A stretch of 64,000 nt of DNA from the human T2T-CHM13v2.0 reference genome, Homo sapiens: the NCBI RefSeq assembly GCF_009914755.1, contig NC_060933.1; one strand, 5' to 3'. The position numbers and the translations under genes are program-made. Below are positions 1 to 14,319 of the stretch, one piece after another (the stretch's first letter is position 1; the number at the start of each line of letters is the position of its first letter). The notes under the pieces were generated by a model that made no database searches, was not told where the DNA came from, and saw nothing but the letters and a program-made list of their open reading frames with translations.

Positions 1-1190
1 ATGTTGCTGTGTTGTTATTAGGTTTTTTTGTTTTTGTTTTCTACATCTTTTAAAGACTTTTGGAAATTTGGCTGAACAATTAGAACACAACAGGCCAACT
101 CATACTCATTTGGATCTATTTAGACAACGTTAACCAATATATCTATAGCTTTAGATTATATTCGATAAAAGTAATTGGACTTTTTTTCTTTTTTTGACTC
201 GTTGACAAGTGTCTTTGTAATATGTTTTTAGTTCCCTTTTTTTGTTGTATTATAGGCAGATGAACAAATTAAATTTGGCCTCAAAGAGAGAACTTACTCC
301 CTTCTGGATATTTTTGCCACATTTCTTTGCAAAAGGAGATATATATATCTTTAGTCAGTTTTGTTGTTATGAGAAATTATGGGTTATTTTGTGGCATGCT
401 CTTTGGGAGCTGCACAGTTATGGGGAGGACTCCCACTGCTGTGCAAGTTAAGTCTTTTACAAAACAAGGACAGCAGAGGAGGGTTTGCAGAGACCTCCCT
501 CTGAAAAACACAAAGAATGGACTCTCTCCTGGGATGAGGACTTGCTTTCTTTACCTCCGGTTCTTTCCATGTCTTAGTTGGATGTCCCTGAAATGGACAC
601 AGGCTGTGCCATTGTGCCAGAAACATTGTGTTATCTTTTATGTTGTTGTTGTTGCTGTTAAACTATAATATGTGACTTCTTTTTTTATTATTTTTTGTTT
701 GAATGCTTTAAAAATCTTTTAAGTCTGTGGATCTGCTGATGTACAGTGCCTTTGCTGCTATGGATCAAAATCAAAAGAACCGTGTAGATATACTTTATTG
801 TATAAGTAGAAAATTACTTAATTTCATACTAGAAATGGATGGATGCTGCAAGTTGAAATGGACTGTCCATTGACGTTCCTAATGTGGTAGCAGAAAAAAA
901 TGGTGTCTTAAGTGCTTAGTGTTTGATGTCATTAACAGTTTCGTAAAACTCTACAGTGTAGAAAGATTTTGATACTAAACTGTGCGTTGTACATAGTTCT
1001 AATGCATTGTATTGACCACCAGTACTTCTATAATGGTAGATTGTTTGTGAATTCAGACTTTTAAGCATTAAACATAAATAACTTCTAGTATGCTTATTTT
1101 TCTAATTCTTTGTCTTGATGACATTAGTTTATTTTTTATCTTTGGCTGTGCCACTCCTATATATTAAAAATGCCTAGTTTTTTCAAGGGA
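1..1190 (+). other. Distal part of a long 3' UTR (terminal exon) of an upstream gene; possibly CREB5 (unverified recollection)
   Basis: Repeat-free and U-rich, with multiple TGTA elements, TGTACATA at 988-995, ATTAAA at 1067 and 1163, then a GT/T-rich tract. Interspersed repeats only begin after ~1420. Confidence 0.7.
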
Positions 1191-1280
1191 GATTGTTGTT
1201 AAAGTAAAGTGGTTTTTTTTGTTGTTAAAGTAATGTGGGTTTTTTTCACTGTTGCTGTTTTTGTTTTGGTTTTGTCTTTA
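1163..1280 (+). terminator. Cleavage/polyadenylation site: ATTAAA plus GU/U-rich downstream element
   Basis: ATTAAA at 1163-1168; TTGTTGTT...GTGGTTTTTTTT tract begins ~25 nt downstream; alternative ATTAAA at 1067-1072. Confidence 0.65.
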
Positions 1281-1422
1281 CTTGAGAGGAGCTAGAAAAG
1301 GTAGGTGATAGAAGTTAACAGTGACCAGTTGGTGCTAAATATTTATTGAGTACCTCTTTGATTTATAAAAATACTGCTTACCAAAAGGTTATCATGTCCC
1401 TCAAACCCTTGATGCTTTAGAG

Positions 1423-1576
1423 CTATGCTGTTCAATATGGTTACCCTAGGCATTTGTGGCTCTTTAAATTTATTAAAGTTAAATAAAACTAGAAATCTAA
1501 TTTACCAGTCACACAAACTACATTTCAAGTGTCAAGTAGCCACATGTGGCTAATGGCTACCGTATTGGACTAGACA
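1423..1576 (-). mobile_element. MER3-like hAT-Charlie MITE
   Basis: Terminal inverted repeats CTATGCTGTTCAATATGG / CCGTATTGGAC; internal AGCCACATGTGGCT and CATTTCAAGTG motifs. Confidence 0.8.
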
Positions 1577-2104
1577 CATCAACACGGGCTTTAAGTTAGC
1601 CAATGTAAACCATTGCCAGCCATGTGGATTTGGGAAGCATTTCTAGCATAACACACTGAGGTCTTTACACCAGGCTTCTTGGGCTGCTACTGGTTGGGTG
1701 TATGAAGATTCAGTATAAAGAGGAGTTTAAATTAAGAATTCTAAAGTGCTGGGACTCAAAAATCCGACATTTTAAGGTTCTACTAAGTAGGAGGATTGGA
1801 AGCCCCACAGTAGTCTGGAGGGATCATCTATAAGAGATACTTCGGTTGCTGAGTTAAGTACAGTATTCATCAGTTGGACTGGAAGCCGCACTTCCATTGT
1901 GATACCATGTGCGTTGTTACATCAAATGATGACATACAAGTCATTGAAGGCTGGCTGAAAAATTAAAAACCATAAAAAACATGGGGGTAAGTGATCATCT
2001 TCAAAGATGTGTCCCTAGACAGGATGATGGAGTTTATGTTGGACTGGGAAGGAATAATCTTCAATATCTGCTATGTACAGAGAACTGTACTGGCTTATAT
2101 TACA

Positions 2105-2142
2105 TATTTTATATATATATGTATATATAATATATACATACA
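2105..2142. repeat. Imperfect (TA)n
   Basis: Direct reading. Confidence 0.8.
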
Positions 2143-5100
2143 ATATTAGCCACCTACCCATTATCTCAGGTTTTTCACAGCTTGTGTACCTATATGGTCC
2201 AAAGATTTGGAAACCCTAAGGGAAAAGCAAGTCTGAGGAAGGTACTAATGCATCGAGTATATCTGTACACACTGGAAGACTGGGGGCGTCTGGAGTAAGA
2301 GGGAGGTGATTATCTAGGTAAGGCACAGAGCAGAGTTGTCCATGTGGACCGACACAGTGGACCACACATTGTCCTAATAACATCTGAGCTCTGGGTGGCT
2401 TTGGAGAGGAAAAGCTGGTGATCCCTCATAGAGTGGCAATCCCAGGGTCTGGACGGCAGCATCACCTGGCCTCCGAGAGCTTGGATTCCCCTCCCCACAT
2501 GAGACACTGCATCCCCTTCCCGACAGCAGGGATTGTGTGAACTTTCTCCTCTAGTGCCCAGCTATATATAGTAGTAGCATATATATATAGTAGTAATCTT
2601 TGCTGAATTGGGCAGATTAGGAGGGTAGTGAGCATAGAAATGTAAGTTCTTCCCACTTTTAAAGTATTCCTCCATTAATTCTTGTGTAACGTTATTAAAA
2701 ATGTTTAAAAGATGAGAGAGCTTTGGAGTAAAATAGCTTTGGCACAAAAGTATGACACATGCACAGTGCACCTCTAGAAGGTGGAACGTGCCTGTCTCAA
2801 GGGGTTGGAATTCCTTTTGGGTATCTGATGGGTGAAGTCTGTGATGCCTTTAGTTATCTTTAGAGAAATCCAAAACATTGGCTGTTGAATGGAATAAAAA
2901 ACTGAGATGAATGCATAGATTTAACTTTTTTAGACAAGTGGGCATCTATTTCCTTTCACTGCTAATGTATTACCAAATTAAATTTTTAGGTCTATATATA
3001 AAGCTCAGCCCTGGCTTGATGTGCACAGTCTTGATGTTCTTGATGTTGTAATTATAATGTTAAAAGTAATTGCTTAAACTTGGTTTTTAGGTTACCATAG
3101 TTTTTGCTTCAAATGTAGTCTTGCAGAGTCTGAAGAAGAACAAAGATGGGAATCTCCCTGAACCAGGGAAAGCTTAGTTTCAATGAGAGAAGACAGCAGA
3201 ACTCTCAGGACACTACAAGGAAACCCAGAGTAAAGAAAGCATCATGACCTTCCTAAGATTGGCGGGTCAAATGGAGAGTGACAGAACCTAAGTCCTTAGA
3301 GTATTTATGGATACACACCTCGCTTTGGGCCACTCTTTAGCAATATGGCTTCATAGTCTGAGGTGCAAGAGATCCAGCTTTGTCCTAAAACAGTGTATGT
3401 TGGAACCTTAGCTGCAGCCTCAGAATACCTGCAAGTGGTTGGAAATTACACAGCCTTGGGATATCCAAAAACTTGGTTTCAAACCATCACACACAACCAT
3501 GTATTTCTAGGTTCCTGCAGCCAAAAGCAGGGGAAATTGATGTTCTTCAGCCAGAAGTAGTATTCTGGATAGAGGTGCTGTGCGCATGCTAGCCTTATAA
3601 ATATCCTCAACTGTCACCTTATCTACTTCTAGACATGCCTCAATCTGGAAAGTTTTACAGTTGTGCTGTCCTAGAAGCAAAGTGTCCAACTTAAGGTATT
3701 TGTTGATTGATATTTTTGACAGTTTTATGGAAATTTGTTCTGAGATTCCGTGTCCAGTGTTGAGTAAGCAATTACAAAATTATGAAGATGTCAGTGCCAA
3801 AAAAATTATTTATTTGATATTCTTGGATGCTCATATCCAAAACCACCAGCTGCTGCAACTTGCAAAGAGGCATTCAACAAGCTCCAAGGTCCTGCGCCCA
3901 ACAGTTTCTCACTGTGGCAGCAGCTCATAACGACCCCTGTTCTTTTGAGCTAATTGCATTTATCTGCCTTTTGGTTGAAACTTACATTCAGAACTAACAA
4001 TGAAAATGGCTTATTTTTGATGACCTGAGCATATTAGAAAACCTCTCATGTATTAGAACATTTTAAGAGTAATGCTATCAAGATAGAACTCTTACCTTGC
4101 AAGCAGTTTAGTTTGCATTTTTGGCAGCCTGTGATAGAATCTTGTGGGTCCCAGAAAGGAATTCACAGGAGACTCTAGTTTACCTGTCCTCAGGGAAAGA
4201 AAATTCTCGGCTAAGACTTCAGATATTTGGCCTGCAGAGAGTTCCCACAGGGTTGCCTTTAGTCCAGAGGAAAATGATGAGCACAAGTGTTTTCATGAAA
4301 GTTGTCCCATTTGATCTCACTGCAGGCCTAGCCAGGGTGGACGCTAGAATCCTGAATTTACACACAAGAGCACCAAGGATCGGAGGAGAAAGGTGTTTAC
4401 CCAAATCCGTTATCTCCCGGGGGTACAAGCTCAAGGCTCCTGACTTGTGGTCCAGAATTCTGTACTGTCTGTCCAGCATGGCAGGTTGGAACACGAAATG
4501 AAGGATTCAAGACACTTCATTGCTCTTTGTCTCTCAGTTTCACACAAATTAACTGGCTTCTGGTTTCAGCATCACAGAACCTTTTGACAACTCTTGAAAT
4601 CAATCACAAATTGTCTTCTTTGTTCCTGTGCTGTGTGTTCCCACTGTGGACTGAATGTGGTACGTACAATGCAGATACCCACTCGCGTGTGAGTAGATGT
4701 CCCCTGTATGCGCGACCCTTGGCATCTGCTGCAGGGAGCCCATTAACTTCACCCTGCGGGGTGATGAGAACATTGGGAAGGTTATTTTGGAAGAAGATTT
4801 AAACTCACATAAATGTCATATTTGACTTGGATCTAGCAAAATACACACACGAAGGTACTTACGAAGTAGTTGTTGAAAATTTAGGCAGCAGAATTTTGGG
4901 ACTCTGTTTAGGTAGGATCTAACGAAACTCATGCCCTAGTGTTTCTGGATGGCCCTGCATTTCTCCCTAGACTTACGGAGCAGTTGGCCATTACCCAGTC
5001 TCCACTAGACACCCCCCCTGCCTCTTCCAAGAGGAACTACCATACTTGGTACCCTGGCTGTATCTTATGTGGCAGAAAGTATGAGATGAGCTAGGGAACT

Positions 5101-5153
5101 TTTTATTCTCAGGAGGCTGGGAAGTTGCAGGAGAATGAATGAGTGGTGGGAAC

Positions 5154-5974
5154 TGAGTCAAGGGTGAAATGCAGGCATTGTGACCATGAGGGCTCCATGA
5201 AGGAAGACTGTCAGACCAAGCTTGTGTCCTTCCTCCTCGTCCCAGCAGCACAGGGACTGGGAGAGATACTAGCAGGATGCACCACAAGGGCAGGAGTGAG
5301 ACTCCAGAACCACTGTGCTGCAAGCACTGTTCCTTAAGATGACTTCCCATTGCTTGAAGAACTTCAGTTGGACGCCTCTTTGCCCTAGAAGAGTTGAGTT
5401 TAAACAAATACCTATTCACTTAAACACCTGTTAGGGGTCAACTTTGGATAATGTACCAAATGCAGAGAAGCCTGTTACTGCCGAGAATAAAGCATCCCTC
5501 TCAGAAGTCAGCTGGTCCTTCCCAGATACGTGAAAACAAGACTTTGTTTCTGGAGTAATTGAAGAAATCAACCGTTAAACCTTGCTCTTAAATCTCCGTC
5601 AGAGATTCATAGCCCCTTTCATGTTTCCTCTGAGTAGGCAATCAGTGTTAATGAAATGTGATTTCAGGTTTTATGGCTGAGTCAGGAAATTCAAAGTTAT
5701 GGTTTCCACGCTGATGGTTATCCCACCACCACCTGTGCAGCTGTAGGAATCCAGGTTTTAGTATGGGCAAGAACAGCCTCCTGGGCACAAGAAGGTTGTA
5801 AAGGTTACTTTGAGAACAAAGGCCTTGATTTGCAGACACTTGTTCCTGAGTGATGGTCTTAAAAACAAAGCATAAAGTGCCCCTAATAAGAAGGTTAGTG
5901 GTGACTCAAGCTGACAGAAAGTGAAAGGATTTAACTACAATCCCTGAGGGGTAGACTTACACATTTTTGAGTCA
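5154..5974. promoter_or_regulatory. Candidate enhancer with four AP-1 sites
   Basis: TGASTCA at 5154, 5678, 5902 and 5968. Confidence 0.45.
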
Positions 5975-6124
5975 CCTTTGCATTTACCTTGAGAGGCTCT
6001 GCGTGAGGTGGTTGGCTTGTGCTTTGCAGACATCCTGCTTTGTATGCAGCATAGACTTCGAGCAGGAGACTTAGCAACCAGACTTCCAGCTCAGCTCTTC
6101 CAACTTCAGCACACAGCATTTGCA

Positions 6125-6160
6125 GTGTGTGCGTGTGTGTGTGTGTGCGTGTGTGTGTGC
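6125..6160. repeat. (TG)n microsatellite with CG interruptions
   Basis: Direct reading. Confidence 0.95.
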
Positions 6161-6520
6161 ACTTTTCTTGCCAAAGATTTGCTCATGCACAAATTACAGA
6201 GTACAGCGTTATGGTGTCTTTTTCATATTTCATACCACTAGGTTTCTAGAACTCATTAAATTTATAATCTGACCTCAGACCTGCAGGAGAGAATAAGATA
6301 AGGCAATCTGGTGTTGTCCAAGCTTACAAAGTTTCATCTATTTAAATTGTTAAAAAATTTTCTTATTTTCATGGTGACAATTGTCACATCATAATTTACC
6401 TCTGTCATCCAACATTTTCAGGAAGTGAAAAATTGCATGTTAATTTTTTAGAAAACTGATATTTACTCCTTGAAAAACTGAAACAAGCTTTTTGATTGAA
6501 AAATGTTCATATGTATTGAA

Positions 6521-6769
<249 letters not shown>

Positions 6770-6929
6770 TAATGAAGCACATTCATCTTTCCGGGGCAAA
6801 GCGTCTGAATGTTCATGTTCAGTGGAGTAGGTAATGACTATAAACATATACAACTCCGTTTAGGTTGGTTTTGTCCCCAAATGCATCATGAAGAAACTTC
6901 TAGCTTCCTCTGAATTTTTTATTTTGGAA

Positions 6930-7050
6930 TTGAAAAGGAGTTTGTGGATCTATGTTTTTGTTCTCATTTTGAAGATGAGGAATCAGATTCACAGAGGTTA
7001 AGTGACTTGATCAAGGGACAATGACAGAAGCTTGCTCTGATGCCAGAGCT
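6930..7050 (-). mobile_element. MIR fragment
   Basis: CATTTTGAAGATGAGGAA...CAGAGGTTAAGTGACTTG core. Confidence 0.7.
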
Positions 7051-7349
7051 GGTGTCTCAGCATCTGTCCACTGTCAGTATGTGCTGTCATCCTCAGGGAC
7101 TGGGATGACAACACTATCTAGAATATTCTTTTGGTTCCCTGTTTTGTATTGTCTCCCACATACTACTTCCATATGTTCTCTGCATCTTTTCTAATCGGTC
7201 ATTGAAAATTACTTTTTCACTATGCCCAATAAAAAAATCCATACTTCTTTAAAAAAAAAAAAAACAAAGTAAGGCATGGGCTTTGATACAGACCGTGTGT
7301 CCTTGGCCCTGCGAAACTTGGTTTTTAATTTGATGCTATATGTGACTCA

Positions 7350-7681
<332 letters not shown>

Positions 7682-7683
7682 GC

Positions 7684-7745
7684 TGTGTGTGTGTGTGTAG
7701 AGAGAGATATATATATAGAGAGAGATATATATATATATATAGATA
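7684..7745. repeat. Compound (TG)n(AG)n(AT)n microsatellite
   Basis: Direct reading; lies between the tails of two inverted Alus. Confidence 0.9.
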
Positions 7746-8118
<373 letters not shown>

Positions 8119-8178
8119 TAAAATTTTCTGATTGGAGACGTCTCAATCCATGTTTTATTTTTTTTCTCCTCCAAACTT

Positions 8179-9316
8179 AGATCAATGAGACAGAAAATTA
8201 ACAATGATATTCAGGACTTGAACTCAGCTCTGGACCAAGCGGACCTAATAGACATCTACAGAACTCTCCACCCCAAATCAACAGAATATACATTCTTCTC
8301 AGCACCACATCACACTTATTCTAAAATTGACCACATAATTGGAAGTAAAACACTCCTTGGCAAATGCAAAAGAACGGAAATCATAAACAGTTTCTCAGAC
8401 CACAGTGCAATCAAATTAGAACTCAGGATTAAGAAACTCACTCAAAAGCACACAACTACATGGAAACTGAACAACCTGCTCCTGAATGACTACTGGGTAA
8501 ATAATGAAATTAAGGCAGAAATAAATAAGTTCTTCAAAACCAATGAGAACAAAGACAACATACCAGAATCTTGGGGACACAGCTAAAGCAGTGTTTGAAG
8601 GGAAATTTATAGCACTAAATGCCCACAGGAGAAAGCAGCAAAGATCTAAAATCGATACCATAACATCACACTTAAAAGAACTAGAGAAGCAAGAGCAAAC
8701 AAATTCAAAAGCTAGCAGAAGACAAGAAATAACTAAGATCAGAGCAGAACTGAAGGAGATAGAAACACAAAAAACCCTTCAAAAAAGCAATGAATCCAGG
8801 AGCTGGTTTCTTGAAAAGATCAACAAAATAGATAGACCGCTAGCCAGACTAATAAAGAAGAAAAGAGAGAAGAATCAAATAGACACAATAAAAAATGATG
8901 AAGGGGATGTCACCACTGATCCCACAGAAATACAAACTACCATCAGAGAATACTATAAACACCTCTATGCAAATAAACTAGAAAATCTAGAAGAAATGGA
9001 TAAACTCCTGGACACATACACCCTCCCAAGACAAACCAGCAAGAAGTTGAATCCCTGAATAGACCAATAACAAGTTCTGAAATTGAGGCCAGGACAATAT
9101 GGATTCACAGCTGAATTCTACCAGAGATACAAAGAGGAGCTGGTACTATTCCTTCTGAAACTATTCCAAACAATAGAAAAAGAGGGACTCCTCCCTAACT
9201 CATTTTATGAGGCCAGCATCATCCTGATACCAAAACCTGGCAGAGACACAACAAAAAAAAGAAAATTTGAGGCCAATATCCCTGATGAACATCGATGTGA
9301 AAATCCTCAATAAAAT
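8179..9316 (+). mobile_element. L1PA (about PA5-PA8) internal ORF2 fragment: endonuclease C-terminus and linker; frameshifted, truncated at both ends
   Basis: ORFs 8185-8586 ([28 protein letters not shown]...SDH), 8543-9058 and 9083-9313 match L1 ORF2p. Frameshifts near 8560 and 9035, and a ~30-bp deletion near 9090. Confidence 0.97.
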
Positions 9317-10499
9317 GTGGTTAGCTTTTTAAAACATAAACAATTTTGTGATAATTTTTTTTTTAGAAACATGGTGCTTTTTGTTCTGGCCTGGTTTCTT
9401 TCCTTTCCTTTTCTTTCTTTTTTTTTTTTTCTTCTTAAAAACAAGTACTTTGTAACATGTACATTCTTGTATGATAGATGGGCCACAAGGGAAGCTTCTC
9501 CTTGATTACTTTTGTGTGTTTTGATTCATGACCCCATAAAGGCCCAACCATGGTGGTTAAACAATTGTTTACAGTCATGTTAAAGTTACACTAAGATAAC
9601 AGGAGGCCCCGTTCACAGAATAGATTGATGGGCTTCAAGGCAAAGGACACAGGTTGCTTGAAATCTTGATTGCCACAATTCTGGGTGCACAAAGCCATTT
9701 TAATCTGTTGCTCAAGTCTGAGGGCAGTCTGATTATGTGGCCTGAGGGCTCAGTGTCACATACATGTATTAAAGAAGGCTGACTCTCTCCCCATTGCCAA
9801 GAACTTAGGGAATTCAGAGAGATGACTGTAGAGTTTTAATTAAGATCTCATCACAGAACTTGGACCAGTTAAGTTACTGTCTGAATTGCTTTCCTGTGAA
9901 AAACAAGGGCTGCCAGAGCCACTGCAGGATTCATAGCTATTTAGATGAGTGCATAATTGGCTCCCTAGAGGAGAATTGGGCAGCTATGAGTGTTTTAAGT
10001 GAGATCATCTTTTCGGGACGTTGCAAAACTATAATCCTATTCATCTGTAGTTCCTGAGAAATCTTTCCTGAAACCTCCACTGTCCAGGGAGGTATGATTG
10101 ATGTAAGAATGGAAAGTTGACCCCTTGCTCCTTCCATCCTTGCTTTGGACATAACAATAGCATGCAATGCCAGTGGCGGGCACAGAGGCAGTAATAAGCA
10201 TGAGGTCTTCCCTCGATTCCTTCCTCTTAAGCTAAGACTGAATTCTTAGTGAATATTTGTTCTTGGAACCATTACTCGACTAATATGTATAAAAGTTGTC
10301 ATATAAAATGTGATAACGATCAAACAGATTGGTTAGAAAAGTTGCACAACTTTTTACAATGCAGATTGGGGGCAGATAAAGTTTTTTAAAAGGCAAATTC
10401 TGTTTTTACTGTAATGCTTTCTAAGAAAGACCATATTTTAATGTCTAGGTAAATACACAAACCATCAGATGTGTATGGCCACCCGTATTAAAGTCAAGC

Positions 10500-10810
10500 A
10501 TTAGGTCCAGGTGTCTGGCTTGGGCAGCTGAATGGCTGGCAGTGTCATACTCTGAGATAAGTGAGGTGTGGGGAATGGCATTTACCATGAGACATACACA
10601 TGAAAGGTCTCGGAGGAAAGTGAAAATTAAGTCTGGAGCCATGAGAAGAACGTCTAGGCAGAGGTGATAGTTGTCAGTATCTCCATAGAAATACTGCCGT
10701 GGGGATGAAGGAGATGGCCTCACAGTATGTAGTGAGGGGAGGAAAGGCTTGGACAGAATCCCGAGAATTAAGATAGGCAGATCTAAGAGAAGAGAAAACA
10801 GAGCTAAAAT
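10500..10810 (-). mobile_element. L2 fragment
   Basis: Degenerate L2 antisense pattern (CAGGTGTCTGGCTTGGGCAGCTGAATGG...GTCTGGAGC). Confidence 0.55.
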
Positions 10811-10825
10811 AATTGGGCCACGGGC

Positions 10826-11609
<784 letters not shown>

Positions 11610-11849
11610 CAGGTTACCCGTAATTCAGGTCTAGTTGACATTTTTTCCCCAGCACTGAAAGAGAAATCCATCATCCAGAGCTCTTCTCGTCACATGTCTG
11701 GTTCTGATCTCCCTCCAAGTTCTTATTAAACCGACAATGACTTTCAGGGTCACTTAAAATCATTTCTAGCCATATGCAGAAATTTTAGATTTTTTTTTCT
11801 GTTACTTTAGTAGTCTTGTAACTGTAACTTCTTGGGATTGATTAAATCG

Positions 11850-12153
11850 TTTTTTGTTTTTTGGGTTTTTTGAGACTGGGTCTCACTCTGTCATCAAAGC
11901 TGGAGTGCACTGGTGCAATCTCAGCTCACTGCAGCCTTGATTTCCTGGGCTCAATCAAGCCTCTCACCTCAGCCTCCCAAGCAGTTAGGACTACAGGTGT
12001 GCACCACTACACCCAGCTAATTTTTGTATTTTTTGTAGAGACAGGATTTTGCCATTTTCCCCAGACTGGTCTTGAACTCTTGGGCTCAATTGATCCACCT
12101 GCTTTGGCCTCCCAATGTGCTGGGAATACAGATGTGAGCCACTGTGCCCAGCC
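11850..12153 (-). mobile_element. AluJ
   Basis: GCAGCCTTGA and GGGCTCAA J-type diagnostics. Confidence 0.92.
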
Positions 12154-12619
12154 AGATTTTTTAACATCTAAGGAGTAAACTATATGAAGAAGACTTTCTT
12201 AAGTTATAGTGGAGAAAAGAAAGGACCGGGAAATTGACCTGCCAGAAAGAAGGAACAAAAGTTGACAAGATGGAGAGATGTCAAGATGTCAAGATTGAGC
12301 AGAGCTGCTAATAGTACTTGAGCTTTTCCTCCCTGCAAAAATGGTCAACTCTTTAAGGACAACTGCAACATTTTTCCCTGGAAGGGTGGAAAATGAAATA
12401 AAATCTAAGGTTTCGAATAGTTAAGAAAACTTGAAAGTGTTGATTATGTTCTGATTATATTCAAATAATTCAATGATACTTAAGAATCAGTGGGTATTAT
12501 TGGTTTGGAGAATTCACTAAAAAAGCAACTGTAGTAATATTTCTGGAAAAAGGTATGGGAATTATAGTTCTTTATTTGACCTTCAACTGACTGTTATGTA
12601 GAAAAGCACAGCAACCATG

Positions 12620-13340
12620 CAGATAACAAAACTGCATGAAATATTTGCAGCACATATGACAAGCGAAGTTTTAATATTTTTATGTGTAAGTGCCTTTTAC
12701 AAACTAATAGTAAAGTGTACCAAATGACACAACTGGACTATTCAACAAAGATGAAAAATGTTATTAGAATTTATAACTGAATGAGTACAAATTCAAGATA
12801 GCATTTTTCACCTATCAAACTAGCCACAACAATTATTTTTATTCCAGTGTTAGGAAAGAGTGGATAACAGACATTCTCAATTCTCATATATTGTAAATGA
12901 AAGTTGAAATTGATAAAACTATCCTGAAAGCTTTTTTTTTTAAACAGAATCACACTTTATTGCCCAGGCTGGAGTGCAGTGGTGCGATCTGCAACCTCTG
13001 CCTCCTGGGTTCAAGCAATTCTTGTGTGTGCCTGAGCCTCCCCAGTAGCTAGGGTTGCAGGTGTGCACCACCACACCTGACTAATTTTTGTATTTTTTTT
13101 TTTCCAGTGGAGATGGGCTTTCGCCATGTTGGCCAGGCTGGTCTCTAACTCCCAGCCTCAAGTGATCCACCCGCCTCAGCCTCCCGAAGTGCTGGGATTA
13201 CAGACAAGAGCCACTGTGCCTGGCCTGAAAGACTTTTTGGAAATGTGTTTCAATCATCTTAATGCACATAAGCTTTGACTCAATGCAGTTTCTATCATTT
13301 TACTCTAAATATTTCAGGGTATGTTCAAATATTTTTTTAA
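12620..13340 (+). mobile_element. Old L1M fragment interrupted by an Alu
   Basis: GAAATATTTGCAGCACATATGACA and GATAGCATTTTTCACCTATCAAACTAGC resemble the L1M ORF2 3' region. Confidence 0.6.
12932..13225 (-). mobile_element. Alu (Sz/Jb-like)
   Basis: Reverse Alu with TSD-like TGAAAG(A)CTTTT flanks. Confidence 0.92.
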
Positions 13341-13379
13341 AAAAAGGGATTTTAATTGAATTCTTTTTTTTTTTTAAAT

Positions 13380-13880
13380 ATAATTACAAATAACAGAAAC
13401 CCAACGTGAAAAGTCTTAAACAAAAACAAAGAGTTGATGGGCTGGGGGAAATGAAAGGTTTGAAGAACTGAGCTACAGAAGAGCTGGAATGCAGCTGGGC
13501 CTCAGGAACAATTGGAATTGGGGTTCCAAGGCTTCCAGGCCATACCCTTCACGGTCATCTGCTGCTCTTTGAGCAGTCTTTTATATTTACTACAGACTGC
13601 CTTTTTCTCATGGTAGGAAACATCACCATTGGTCCAACGGACTGTATCAACAAAGGAAAGGCTGACTCCTCTTAAATTCTCTGAGTTCTAGTTCAAAAAC
13701 AATTCTATGAAGAGATTCTGAAGGCCGAGTCTGGAGGATCAGATGGCCACCCATGGAACAGTCTGTTGTGATGCTGATGATTGGCCTGGATTGCCTCAGG
13801 TGCCCTCTGCAGATGACTTGACTGTGGCCCAGATGTTGACGATACCAGAAAATGCATAGCCATGCATCTGGGAGGAGGGG
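13380..13880. mobile_element. Old MLT1 (J/K/L-type) LTR
   Basis: CAAATAACAGAAACCCAAC...TTAAACAAAA start and GATTCTGA/GATTGGCC motifs typical of old MaLR LTRs. Confidence 0.5.
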
Positions 13881-14319
13881 AAGGGTCTACCAGTTGGGCA
13901 GGCAACCCCCTAGATACCCACAGGAAAAGTTTGCTTTTTCACATGATAAGCCATACGCTAGATGCGGTATGGTGTTTAAATTATGGAAACTGGGATGGGG
14001 GATGAGAAACATGGTGAACAGCAGAGAGCCATCCATGACTTCAGAATGATGGCAGAAGATAGGAACTTGGTAGCTGCGTCACTGAATCTACTGATAGGTC
14101 ACTTTCTTGAGGAAGATTTAGCTAAATTCAGTTGGCATACTGGAGGCAGGTAATAAATATCATCACCCAATTCACATGTGGGTGTGAATGGAAGTGAAGA
14201 ATCTGATATTTATTACATGCCTCCGGTAATGTCTGACTCTGAGGGAGGTACCTATCTAACTAGTTACCTAAATATATATATTTCATATATTTCTGACTTC
14301 AAGTCTACAAGACTTTGGA

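Noticed and set aside
242-668. ORFs of 69 and 113 aa in the UTR-like region
   Set aside because: Non-ATG starts, no recognisable domain, and embedded in U-rich UTR sequence.
4770-4900. Faint resemblance to a LINE endonuclease motif (VILEEDLN versus GDFN)
   Set aside because: Catalytic residues are not matched; too weak to support.
4092-5419. Overlapping 90-142 aa ORFs on both strands
   Set aside because: No homology or exon structure that I can recognise; lengths are within chance expectation when alternative starts are allowed.
8185-9313. L1 ORF2 ORFs as a functional gene
   Set aside because: Frameshifted, internally deleted, and lacking promoter, endonuclease N-terminus and RT.
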